A stretch of DNA of 64,000 bases, from positions 35,898,001 through 35,962,000 of the forward strand of contig CM060731.1 in the NCBI GenBank assembly GCA_030704615.1, written 5' to 3'. This stretch comes from Takakia lepidozioides. Lineage: Eukaryota > Plantae > Bryophyta. The translations under genes were made by a program, and so were the position numbers. Positions 35,000 through 47,155 of the stretch are shown piece after piece. Numbering within the stretch: the first letter of the stretch is position 1; the number at the start of each line of letters is the position of its first letter. The notes beneath the pieces are model-generated. The model did not search any database and was not told where the DNA came from. It saw only the letters and a program-made list of their open reading frames with translations.

Positions 35000-37900
35000 T
35001 CTAGAACCTGTTCTGGTCTATATGAGAGACAAATCTGTGGATGTCCTTCTTGTATGGCTGGGGGAAATGAGGACGTAATTGAAGGGCAGGTCTCTTCTCT
35101 TAGCCTGTGCACCCAAGGGGACAAGATTTATGTCTCTCAAGGAACTCAGACTGATTTGAGTGGAAAACAGTTGGACGAGTTGATTGCATATTGGGAGTCA
35201 GGCATTAGCAATAGACAACAAACTGTTGTAGTTCATTAGCAATGACAAGTTTGTTTTGCTTGAGGGAGATGCAGTCATTCGCAATGAGGACACCCGCAAC
35301 CGTCTCAAAGCTTTCGAGTTGAGAGACTGTCAGACCCTACCTTTATTTTCTTCAGCGTTCAGTGCTAGGGAGATAGAGGAGTATTGCTTTGTCTCTACCT
35401 GACAGAAAGAGGAGGAAGGTTGGTTAGAGCGAGCTACTGTAGCTTGGGACAAGGTTAGTGACAGGTTTCTAGACATAGATATACCTCATATACCTTACCA
35501 TCATGCAGAGCGAGGCACTTTGAGAGAAGTCTGGCAGTTGATAGCATAGATCAGGATTAGATCTTGCTTGGTCGAGCTTCTATTCTTCCCCTCCATCTCT
35601 GTACTATTCTCATTACCTTGTACTTGTAGTTGCCAAAGCCTCTCTTGGTGGAGGCCAGTCAGTCCGGGGTTGTGGGCTGGGATATTCTGCAGGATCAGCA
35701 TTGCAGATGGATTTTGGTGTGTGGGTGTTGATGTTTTGATTTCTTGTGTTTGGATCCCCCCCAACACCTGCATGCTTGACTGTGCGCCATGTTGGTTTTG
35801 TGTGGGCGCTTGCTTTCAAAGGGATTAGGCCGGATTTGATCACCGGTCAATCCTAGAGTATGTTGTCGGTGGTGAGGCTGGAGTGATGACCAGCAAGACC
35901 ACCAGTGTTTCTTCTATGGTGAGACTGGGTTGATGACCAGCCAACCATAGGAGTTCTTGCGGTGGATGCAGGTGCAGGTGCCCTGAGCCACTGGGATATG
36001 ACCCTTAAACTGCAACAGGTGCCTGCCCGTGTCACTATTAGAATTAGTACTAGAGCCTTATAGTGTCACGTGGGGGAGGTGCACATTGTAAGTGTCATCA
36101 CGGAGTTACCCAGGGGTTCTGAGGGGAGTGTGGCTACAGGCAGTAGCAGTGAGAGTGGGTTCACCAGACGAGGTGTTCGTTTCATACCACCTTCACCTCC
36201 ACCCTCAACTAGTGCAGAGTCAGACACAGACTCGGAGGCTTCATCAACAGGTGTGCAGTTTCATTCGCCATTGTTGTGGGACGACATGGAAGAGATGTAT
36301 GGAGCTACCAAGGGGCCTCGTAGGTACTCTGGAGCTGTGGGCACAATTGAGCTGGATGACTTTATCCAGGAGTTCGACAGCTGGTGTTATTTGCAGCAGA
36401 TGCGCAATCCACAGCTGTTCACCCCATTCATGGCGTGGAAGGGATTGTTCCAGCATTTGGAAGACCCGCCTATGGACGATTACCATGAGTTCATGCGAGG
36501 ACATGAAACAGAGATTGAGGAGTGGAGGATGTATTGGTCACCTGACTATGTCTCCATTACTCGAGGCACGACGCGACCAGTAGTTGCATCAGTACCAATA
36601 TCTCTCACTGCCAGCACTAGTAGTGGAACAAGTAGTGCCGGTACTTCTGCAGGTGGTACCAGTTCAAAAGGTGCTACTACTCCTCCTGCCACGACTACAA
36701 CACATGTGCCTAGATTCAATCCGGTGGTGGAGTTCTTCCAGGAGTTGCGGAGGAACTACCAAGATGTACGGACAGAGAAGCTGCGAAGTTTGCAAGACTT
36801 CCAGCGCAAACCCAGTGAGAGTTTGCGAGAGGCCTACAGTCGTATGAGGCGCTTGATAAGTGTGACCCAAGGGGTTACTGAAGCTCAGGCAATCCAGTTC
36901 TGGTATGGAATTTCGGACAAGGAGCTCAGGAGAAGGGTGCGGGATGCAACCCTGTTACAAACAGCCCAACCCACATTAGCAGATGTGTTTCTGCTGGCTG
37001 AGCGGATTGAGCTCAACATGGTGGAGGAGCGAGTTGTTACCATTGGATTTGGCAAGGACATGCCTGCACGAGGCGCAGCTGTCAGCCCACAGGCACAAGG
37101 GACTGCCCAACAGCGTGGTCAGGGGGGCAAGGTTTCCCAACCCAAGTTCCATGGAGCTTACAGGGGACCTCAGGTGCAGAGGCCCGTGGCATCTTTTGCA
37201 GACCAACAGCAACCAGGGGTGATATGTTGGACATGTGGAGGACCCCATGTCAAGAGAGATTGCCCAGAGAGTGGCAGAAGGCTGGCACAAGCACAACCTG
37301 CACAGTTGCAGTGTGGGCATTGTGGCAAGTATGGGCATGGAGATGCCCAGTGTTATGACTTGCATCCTAAGTTGCGGCCAGGCCAGTTCCAAGGGAACAA
37401 TGGTGGCCGGGGGCGAGATGGACCAGCCCAGAGAGGACGAGGTGGTCGGGCACGAGGTGCAGGCCAAGGGCAAGCTCAACATGGCCAAGGACGCGGAGGT
37501 CAGGGTGTTCTTCCGAATGTCGATGGCAGGATTGACCCAAACCTGGCAGTGGTATCTGCAAGTTTGAGGTGCATGTTGTGTGGGTCTGCTAGAGGGGCAG
37601 CCACCATACTGGTGTGTGATCGATGCTCTAGAGGTTGGCATATGGGATGCTTGACTCCACCTCTTGAGACGGTTCTGGATGGGGATTGGTTATGTCCACA
37701 TTGCATTGGATAGTGGGAGTGGATACAACCATGGAAGACTAACAAGCAATGCAAGGCCCAGCTACAGGAGACCTTGAATACACGAGGTCCTGGCTCAAGT
37801 TCACAGATTGCAAGACGGCGACTAACGATGGGGCTACTCTTGTACCCGGCCTCTTGGTCAATAGAGTTTGAGTACAATAGGGACAGTGATAGAGGACTTA

Positions 37901-38620
37901 GTACGGCTGTGGCTATTACATCTTGTAGCTATCTGGAGTTAGAGGGACCTATCCACCAGCAAGGGGGGCGATTGTGGCAGACTACTTTATTGTGCATATA
38001 TGTGTGGTGTGGTTTGGATAGCGATGTAGTTGTATAGCGATACGTATGCGCACGACAGCTGTCAAGTTAAATAAGCACAGTGTGAAACTAACTAGAATAA
38101 AGCTAGTTATTTGTATTTGGATTTAGGTCAAGTGTTAAATCAGGTGTCAAGTTTAGTTTGACACCTGAACCGTCTTATCTTCACGAGAGCGTCAGTCGCG
38201 CAGCTCATCTCTCTCGAGTTGAGCCTGCGCGACCGAGCTCCTTCATGCTTTAGAATCTGAGTGTGCTTATGTAGGGGTATAGGTTGTTGTGGGGTGGAGT
38301 CCCCATAGCTTGGGGTGCCCCTGGCTCGACTATTATCTTAAAGAGTGATGTTGAGGGATTCCATGTTTCTTGTGTTAAGAGTGTGTTTTCAGTTTTCTAT
38401 CATTGTGGGAGATTACTTTATTGTGCATATATGTGTGGTGTGGTTTGGACAGCGATGTAGTTGTGTAGCGATACGTATGCGCACGACAAAGAGGAGTTGT
38501 TTGGTTCACACCCACTGTGAGTATACTGAGAGGCAGCTCACCCTAGTGTTGTGGCCGTTATCTCGCAGGAGAGCATTCCACCTCAACCGAAGTGCTCAAC
38601 TAACCGGAATACTTTAGTTT
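35000..38620 (+). mobile_element. Internally deleted Ty3/gypsy-like LTR retrotransposon
   Basis: Putative 5' LTR ends CTGCAACA (36017); gag ORF; polypurine tract AAGGGGGG at 37961; 3' LTR starts TGTGGCAG (37973), with its first ~85 bp repeated at 38404. The upstream region ~35600-35980 is homologous to ~60140-60540. Outer boundaries are approximate. Confidence 0.7.
36070..37713 (+). CDS. Retrotransposon Gag (capsid-like region plus two Zn knuckles) fused in frame to a C-terminal PHD finger
   Basis: 547-codon uninterrupted ORF. It contains FQRKPSESLREAYSRM (MHR-like), CWTCGGPHVKRDC and CGHCGKYGHGDAQC, an RGG tract, then CMLC..CDRCSRGWHMGCLTPPL..GDWLCPHC (C4HC3). Confidence 0.88.
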   Translation: MGEVHIVSVITELPRGSEGSVATGSSSESGFTRRGVRFIPPSPPPSTSAESDTDSEASSTGVQFHSPLLWDDMEEMYGATKGPRRYSGAVGTIELDDFIQEFDSWCYLQQMRNPQLFTPFMAWKGLFQHLEDPPMDDYHEFMRGHETEIEEWRMYWSPDYVSITRGTTRPVVASVPISLTASTSSGTSSAGTSAGGTSSKGATTPPATTTTHVPRFNPVVEFFQELRRNYQDVRTEKLRSLQDFQRKPSESLREAYSRMRRLISVTQGVTEAQAIQFWYGISDKELRRRVRDATLLQTAQPTLADVFLLAERIELNMVEERVVTIGFGKDMPARGAAVSPQAQGTAQQRGQGGKVSQPKFHGAYRGPQVQRPVASFADQQQPGVICWTCGGPHVKRDCPESGRRLAQAQPAQLQCGHCGKYGHGDAQCYDLHPKLRPGQFQGNNGGRGRDGPAQRGRGGRARGAGQGQAQHGQGRGGQGVLPNVDGRIDPNLAVVSASLRCMLCGSARGAATILVCDRCSRGWHMGCLTPPLETVLDGDWLCPHCIG

Positions 38621-38962
38621 GGGGTTGTCAGACATCGCATTGGAGGGGCTTCTCATTAGGGTTTTTTTTTTAAAAATATGAGAGGCTTACGGTTTAGCCT
38701 GAAATTGCCCGCATTCTTGTCTTTTGGGTTTATGAGTTTTTCTGGATTCCCAGTGTTGGGATTGCGTTGCTAAGTACACAAAATGATGGTTGTGAGGCGT
38801 CGTCTGTCTCCACACTTTCATGGCGCACCATGAAGAGAGCGGGATTGGTTAATTTCTTCATGGGGCATGGCTTGTAGGCTTGTTGCTCCAAAACCAAAGC
38901 GTGCTTGCCGTTGACCTCCACTACCCACTGGACCACCCAGACGCAGAGGAAGGCTAGAAACA

Positions 38963-41900
38963 ATGGCCGATGAGGCACGGCAGTACGTCGACGAAGAGGA
39001 CAAGGAGGATTTGTTGTGTGTCCCTGCGGGCGAGCACACTGGCGATTCTAGCAAAGATGTCCTTCGCCACCCAGCTCCTGCACCCTCACTTCCCCAGAAA
39101 CGCCCGTCGCCGGCAAAATCACCATCTGTAAGCACCTGCTCACTATGACGCTACATCTTCAGCATTTCTATGCATTGACATGTTGAGCATCAGCATGAAG
39201 GAAGCATGCAAATGTACAGAACGTGTTTGAGACTTTCTTACCATTCCAGGATGGAAATGCACTTCCCACACAGAAGAGGTTGAAAGGTGGAAGCCACAGA
39301 AAATCTGGTAGTGGATGTGGCACAACTTTGAATGCATTCACATTTGGAAAGTTCTCTGCATAAGACTTTCGGGAATTCTGGGTAATATGTACAATGCAAA
39401 GTCATGTTTCGTGAAGTGGCAGTTCAATGGCAATAGCTCACTTTGGGAATTTCAAATTGGGGAGATGGCTTTGCTGGAAAAATTTGCATGTAGCAAGGGA
39501 GGGATGCCCGAGCATATAGGCAGTGAAACCCCACAATGGGATAGGAAATCAAGCCCTTTCGCTATATCTTCATCGTGTAGACAGTTTGGGTTAAAGTCAA
39601 AGGCTCTTACTAAGAGGTTGATACACAGTGATGTTTCTGTTTACAACTAAAATGCAATATCCATTCAAATGAGTCCATCTACCCACTGATGCAAGTTCTT
39701 GTATGCACGCTTTGATACAAGCATGCCAATGGTTTGTGAGGTCTCCCCACTAGGTAGGCTTTGGAATTGGCCATGTAGATTTGGCTCAGCCCCCACTTTT
39801 CAAGTTGGGTAAACAAAAGTGTGGGGCACCTGATGAGGCTGAGGGGATGAGGACCTGCTCATAGTAGGATGAGTACAATCAAAGCATTAAAATGGCAGGT
39901 GCACGGCGTTAATTTTTTTTAAGTTTGAATGATTTCATTTGAATGCTTTGATTGACTTTAATGTTTGAATTGGTTTTTATTCTGTGCAGGCTAGGAAGAG
40001 GCGAGCTTCCATCGAAGGCACTGCAGCTGTGTTGGGCAGTCCATCGGGGCGGGGGTTGTTGAAACAAGTCAACCATGCTACAAACAAGTCCCCAGGCGCA
40101 GCACGACCACCTCCACGACCTATTCCACAGTACCCTCCGTACACACATTACCTACATGCCTACCCCACCCCCGATCAGTATGGCGCTGCGGACCCTTACA
40201 ACCCGCACATCCAATACAAGCCCCCTCCAGGTGGCTACCCATAGCAGCCATATGCCCATTCTCCTCCACATATTCCCCCTTACCTCCCAGACCCACATGC
40301 TTACCCGGCATCTACACGTCCACCATACGAACCTTTTGGGCCATACGGTGGGCGATACCGTCCCGCCCCCCATTCCCCATGGCAAGCCCCAGCTGCCCCA
40401 CCACCTGAGGAGGCAAAGGGACACATCCCTATGACCAAGAAGGAGCGAGCTAATGCTTTGAGGCAGGCGAACAGACGAGCTAGGGCAGAGGCAATCCGAA
40501 ACCATGATGCGCGAGAGGAAGATGGACTCCCCCCTCAAGTGCTTCCGGTTGACAAAGCTGGAGAGCCCATTGGACCAGCACGCAATACCTGGCATGCAAC
40601 CCTCAAAGGCCAGATGTGGCGTTGGTGTGACATGTCAATGCATATTGCAGCGCAGGATGAATCTGTCATTGAAGAAATATACATTATTCTAAACTCTACA
40701 TTTGCGTACACGCCACGTGGTCTTGACTATGAGCACATGAGGAAGACACTTGGCGTTGCCTTGAAAACCCAAAGGCACGAGATCCATGCAATGTACAAGG
40801 TAGGCGAGGCCTGCGCATCTGAAGGAAGCAAATTGGGACAGGCTGGTATCGTATTGGCAGACAGCAGGATTCAGCGCAAAAAGTGCCCTCATGAAGGTTG
40901 CAAATTCATCAATCAAGAAGCCTTCAAAACAGGACGTGGTGGGAAGACATTTGTTGAGGCTCGGCTTGTAAGTTCACACACCAGTCTTTTTGCCCTCTTT
41001 GCCTTGGCTGATTGTTGTGACACGTTGTCTATAATGGGGTGTCCATTTCCCCCATTTTACACCATGTTAGGAGGGAAGTACAAAGTGCCACCAGGCTTTG
41101 TTATTGAATTCTCCAAATTAAGTGGAGTGCAATCAGGGTTTTCTTGAAGGGGTGCTGCCTGTGGAGTGAACTAAGGTGTTCATTCACCTTGTCGCAAAGT
41201 GCTTGTAGGCTTTTCTTTAAGGGGGGAGGCAGGTTTCTTGAATTACGCTTCATTTCCCGAGTGCTACTAGCCTTTTCTATTGCAGGGAGACCCTACCCAG
41301 CGCATCTTTAAGGGTGGAGGTGTGTCCAAGAGTCACTTCAATAGCGAATCAAATGGACTGTTTTTTGCGGTAGGAGTTTTTTGTGAGTGCTATGTAGTAG
41401 TCATCTGTAAAATTGGGCGAGGTTGCAATCGTCAAGTACAATGCTAATGTTTCTTGCTTGGTCCTGGCAAGTGGTCAGTAATACAATTTGCCAGACTTCT
41501 TGAAGGAGATAGAGACCCAGTTTTGCAATTTTGTTATGCCTTGGTTACATTTCTGTATTTCTTCCAATTGGGTCTCGCCATGGTCAGAATAGTGGTGCAA
41601 CTTCATGTAAGTTGTCCCTCATGTTCATCAAGAAATGCAAGTAGAATCGTATGAAAGTTATATTCGGGGAGTGCGAGGTCTGTGTGACGACGTGATTTTC
41701 ACCAGTTGCTGCTTAGACATATTGTGTTGATGTCGTTGCCAGAGTGCTGCTCTCATTCTCTGATTTCAGATTATGTCTACTGTCAGAGTTGTGAAGCTGC
41801 ATAAAATTGTTGCTTTCTGAGTTCTGGAGGCGCAATAATCTGTATTAAGCCATTCCCCAAATGAATGAAACTCATTATTAAGAGCTAATTTGCACTTGAT

Positions 41901-44614
41901 TGTTTCAACCATGACTTGATGGTGAGGAAACTAGCATGCACTCATGCTTGGGGAATTTCCAATTGGATCTGACATCCAAAGTGGGCTTTAATTAGACTAT
42001 TTGTATGTAATCAGCTAGGTGAGGTTGGGTTTTTTGGAATGATGGAATTGTGACCTGTTAGTGTGTAGTGGGTGGGGTCCTCATTTTATATACCAGTCTG
42101 TAAGTGTGGATAGAGGAGGCTCTGATCAGAGTTGTCGTGCAATGATGATGTCAGGGCAGTATTTGAAACTGCAACAGTGAGTGTGAGTGTTAACATGACA
42201 TTTTGTGGTCATTAACATAGGGTAGTGTTGTGCTGGTGCTTACTCTTCTGCATTAGCTGCATTTGTCACTCAACTCTCTGTATTATTGCAAAGATAGTGA
42301 CTACGTTAGTGGGCGTGGGGATACCAATATTGGTTGCATACCAACATTATGTCTGACAAACCTCTGTTCAATCACTGTTGTCCCAGAATGGTATGTCGCT
42401 CGTCATGGTTGACCATGCTAGCATACTGAGCTAGTACATGACCAATGCAGGCACAGGAGCGAGGCCGAAGTCCATCGTTGCATGAAATTCAGGAAGGTTC
42501 AGTAAGCAGAACATTGACCAGCGAGCGGATGGTGAGATCCAAGTGATCATTCTTTCTCCCATTTTTTGTCGATTCTTTTGTTCTAGGCATTTTCCCTACC
42601 AGCGGCATTATGTTCTCATGTTGTTCATGGACTTGCGTGGACCTGGCAGGAGGGGACCTCTGGGTATTCAGCAATTGCTCGCAAAGTGGAGGATATGGAA
42701 AGAGCACAGGGTGCACAACACGAAGATATAATGGATTTGAAGGCCACAATATCGCATGTGATGATGTACCAGAAGGCCATTGCTGAGAAATTTGGGATCA
42801 GCATTTCCTCACCTGTCTTAGTGGGCTCGTCCGCAGCAAACAGCTCCTGCATCGCTGGCCCTTCAGCCTCGAGACGTCTGGAGGACACATTTGACTTGCC
42901 TGGCATGTCACCAGGTAACGTCACTCCAGTTGATGCATTCAAGGATGATGTGCAGGTGGAGCATGTTGGCCCAGGTGGAGGGGAGGACACCCCTACCAAG
43001 GAACTTACGCCTCCTCGTGCAGTTCTGTCACACTGTGCGGTAGTGGAGGCGCTTGCAGAACTCCGCCCTGCTGCTGTCACGGTGGGGACATCTGAGACAA
43101 CCCTGGACATTGACCTTGTTTCCCCGCGGGCAGATATTACCCAGCAACCCACGGTTGTCACTTCCACTCCCAACCTTCAATTCATGCAAGAGAAGGTCGT
43201 GCACACAACAGTGGAGAAGGGCAAGCATTTGCTCATCCTAGATATTAATGGCTTGCTGTGTGAGTGCGTCCATGTTGGGAGCGGTAATGCATTTGTGGTT
43301 CCAAATGGCCTTGAGCACAAATTATGTGGTAGCAAGATGGTCGTTGTAAGGCTTGGTTGCAAAGCTTTTTTGGACAAGTGTTTTGAACACTTTGAAGTGG
43401 CAGCATGGTCTTGTATGCAACCACATAACTTCCTACCCACAATGGACAGGTTTTTCCATGGGCACGGTGACCTTGCATTCAAGTGGGATGGGGGATATTG
43501 TGAGCTGTCCACTGACATGGATGGGAGCCTGCCCATGAAACCATGGTGTTTGAAGAACCTATTTGCAGTGTGGCGGGGCAACTGTGACTGGAATCCCAAA
43601 ACCACTATTCTTGTTGATGACACACCACACAAGGGGTTGAACAATCCAGCATACAACGTAATTTTCCCACTGCCTTGGAGAAGTCATTCTGTAGAGGCGC
43701 ACAATGATAATTTTCTTCTGACCAGCTTATGGCCCTTCTTGGAGGGGGCAGCTAAGGCTCCGAGCATTCCAGAATATCTCAAAGGGCAACCCACATTTGG
43801 GCAACAAGCTATCAGCCCTCGAACCATTCAGCCTCGCCAGGTAACATACTTTGTAGTGTGGTACACACTGCCAGACATTAGAGGAATTTTTGTGTCACTC
43901 CCTTGTGCCATTGCCAGCCCCCTTTGTGCTTAAGTTGTGGCAGAATCAATGTTGTGATAGAGTTTGTCAAATTACTGTCGCAATGTGAACTGTAGGCATT
44001 GACAGTTTGGGTGCATCTTATTGTGTTAGTGTAATTTGAGTTCCCAGTGTAGATAATATACATTTTTGGTGCTTGTTGGTTGTTTGTAGGTGCTTGGCCA
44101 CGAACGAGGCCCCCAAGTCAAAGGGCAGCACACCTTCACCCTTTCAGGAAGCCGACACCACTGATCCCTAATTCGCAGAATGGGGTAAGTCTATGCATCT
44201 GCTATTCTCCCATTCCTGACCTGGATAGTAAAATTGTTATTAGCTCATTGTAGACCTTGTAGACACAATATGTTCCACGATCCGCGCTCCATAATTCTCA
44301 TGCAATCTGCCATGTTTGGGCTGGGATGGCAGTTCGTGGTGGGAGACCATGTCAAGCTCATAGACATTGTTTCGCGATCAACAACCGGATCTGGCCGCAT
44401 TGCTGGTCTCCAAGGGATGGAGGTGAGTGAAGGGTACCCTGTCGTGCCAGAAGGCTATGTGGCCATCCACATTGATGATGTCTGCATTCCCAATGCCCCT
44501 CTACCATATCACAACAAATCCATAAAGCCTCATCACACTGAGTTGGGAGACACTGTAGGTTACATTACTGTGTGGAGTGACAAACTAGTGAAGACCTTGC
44601 AGACGAAGAGATGA
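38963..44614 (+). pseudogene. CACTA TnpA/ORF2-like multi-exon gene with an embedded FCP1/NIF (HAD) phosphatase-like domain
   Basis: Exons at ~38963-39127, 39990-40967 (TAG at 40242, frameshifts ~40810-40930; WDRLVSYW..SALMK..TGRGGK is Ptta/En/Spm-like), ~42451-42496, ~42650-43840 (LLILDINGLL..VRLGCKAFL..FEVAAWS..ILVDDTPHKG..FGQQAI) and ~44262-44614 (VGDHVKL..G.I..VPEGYVAIHID..PLPY..LGDTVGYITVW, TNP1-like). Confidence 0.72.
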
Positions 44615-44949
44615 GGCAGGTTGGCTAGCATTGTGGATTTCATGGGGATTTCCACCTCTGCCTCGTCCGGATTTGGCAACTACAGTAACTTATAGTGGGA
44701 CTGAATTTTGATAGCAATCACATGTTGGATTTCCTCATGCATGTTGTTGCAAACTTATGCCTCGTTAATGAGCAATGTGGTGGTAGGTGGTATGTCCCAT
44801 TTGCACACACTATGGTTGGTTATGTTGCTGCTGGGAGAATGTGGTTGATAATGGTGAGGCTGGATGGTGATGTTGCTGCTGTTTGTGCTCTTTCAGAAAT
44901 ATGCCGGTGCCACTTCTGTGCCTAAAGTCTTGCTGTATACAGGATTGTG

Positions 44950-45668
44950 ATGTTGTATGGCATATGTACGTCCCCCCTAAGGTCCCCGCGCAGTTGGTCC
45001 TATGACTCCGTATGCAAAACGTGTAGTCAAATGTATGTCTACGAAGCAGCATGTGAGGTTTAGAGGATCGTGCACGTGGCACCACCTGGGACTACAACGT
45101 CCTCATGGAATCCCCTGTTCATGGAATATACCATACTGTACCAGTCGCACGTATGACTGGCAAGAATCCACCGCAACTCACGAAAGTCCAGCACATGGGC
45201 ACACACGAACGTAGCACGTGGTGTCCCCAGATTCCCCCCCATAAAGACATACATGTGACTGCGAACCCCCCTCCCCCACAGTGACACGTGGCAATGACAT
45301 GTTGCACCAGTGTTTCTTCTATGACGCGACACGTGCTGTCGTTTGATTCCCTCCTCCGCTGTCATATTTGGCAGTCAGGGATGGCGTCGCAGTCTGACAC
45401 GTGGCATGTTCTGTAGCTACCACGTGTCTGTCTTACACCGCGGCTGACATGGACTACACTGTCCGTTCAGTCATTCAGTAAAGCCAGCGTGTATGACTAC
45501 CCCTACAGCTGCTCTGGCGCCATGTCACAGCCAGCCTGGAGAGTCATATCTGCCATGTCACAAGTGACTAGGCTTTTACGTCTTTAGAGTCAGGAAGTCG
45601 TAAATGGCTTCCATGACTGCATTTGCAGTCATAACACAGAGACGTAAAAGCCGCAATCTGTTGTAGTG
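44950..45668 (+). mobile_element. CACTA 3' terminus with subterminal repeats
   Basis: Ends ATCTGTTGTAGTG (reverse complement CACTACAACAGAT) at 45668, preceded by many CACGTG/GTCATA/ATGACT repeats. It lies downstream of the TnpA-like gene; no matching 5' TIR was found in the window. Confidence 0.8.
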
Positions 45669-46269
45669 TTCTTTGCCAGCCACCAGTTTTTTTTTCCGGA
45701 CCTCATTTTTGTAACGTTTCAGGAACCTCGAGTGATCATCCGGAGTTCCTAGTTTTTTTGATATCACTGCTTCTTTCTCTTTGCAGTTCCTCTCTCACAT
45801 TACACCCATTTCTTTTGGTTCTCTGGTTCTCACCAAAGTGTCTTCTCCTCAACAGATTCGCCCATCTCCTTCATTCTCCGTCCACATGGTTGTATTGTTG
45901 GGCTTAATATGATTGGTCTAAAAAATGTCATGAGTATAAACCGCGTGGCAATTTGTGAAAGTTGTTGCTTCAATGGACATGCTTTCTCGCGGTTTACTGC
46001 TTGTGAATCTTGTGAATCTTCTCCCATTACTCGTCAGTAGCTTTCTGTAAGTCTGGCTTCAAGTACAGAGTTACATTTCTTTTACTGCCTTTTCGGACTA
46101 TCTTAAGATTCTTCTCAATTTTCTTCGTCACTCATCAGTCATGAACCTCGCTTTGCCACCCGTTATTCTGTGTCATCTCAAGTCAATTTATCTTGGGTCT
46201 GTTTATCTTATTAGGACCTTCTAAAGACAATACTTCTGGGGCCTTCAGTCCTTACATTGTCCTCACCTT

Positions 46270-47155
46270 AAATCATATACCCTAAACCTAATTCGAATGT
46301 TTGATGCGCATTCTTCAAGGGTTACAAAGTTGGGCATAATAGAATGGCCTTTGGGATATTTCATTCAAGTCTAATTTCTTAGGTGACAAATCACTTGTAC
46401 TCTTTCCCAGATTTTTTGGTCCATTCATACCCAGTAGTATGTTTACTACACTACTCAACTCCATACCCTAAAACCTAGTTCCAATGTCTGATGCCTATTT
46501 AATTTATTGCTTCTCGTTTTGGGTGCGGTCGAAGTGGAGGGGATATTTCCCTTAATTGTTGTACGACCTCCACGTAAAGACTCACATTCCATAATTGTTT
46601 GTCCATTTATAGTTCTCTAAACCCTAAACCCTAAGCCCTTAAACGCAACTCCATTGTTTGATGCGCATTCTTCAAAGATTAGATACAATCTGTGGTTGGG
46701 AAATTTTATTCCCTAAACCCTAAATCATAGGTGACAAGTCATCTGTACCATTCCCAATATTTTCTTTTCCATTCATACCGATTACTATGGTTAGTACCCT
46801 CGCAAACTATATACCCTAAAACCTAATTTCAATGTTTGATGCTTATGTATTTATTACTTCCAATTTTGGGACGGTCAAGTGGTGGGGATAATATTTCATA
46901 AATTGTTCTACGTATGGATAAAGACTCAAACTGCAGTTTTCTAAAACCCTAAGCCCTAAACCAAACTCCACTGTTTGATTCACAATCCTCATAGAAATTT
47001 GGATACAATCTGTGGTTGGGATATTTCATTAACAAATTTTCATAGGTGCCAAGTCATCTGTACACTTTCCCATATTTTCTTTTCCATTCATACCAAATAC
47101 TATGTTTCAATGTACCCTGACAAACTCTATAACCTAAAACCTAATTCCAGCTTGG
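46270..47155. repeat. ~3 degenerate tandem units of ~340 bp containing CCCTAAA telomere-like motifs
   Basis: The blocks CCCTAAACC..TGTTTGATGCGCATTCTTCAA..AGGTGACAAGTCATCTGTAC..CCATTCATACC recur at ~46280, ~46620 and ~46950. Confidence 0.7.

Noticed and set aside
35501-35843. Antisense ORF shared by the two gag-upstream regions
   Set aside because: Frames and stops differ between the 35.6-kb and 60.2-kb copies; nucleotide homology alone explains the similarity.
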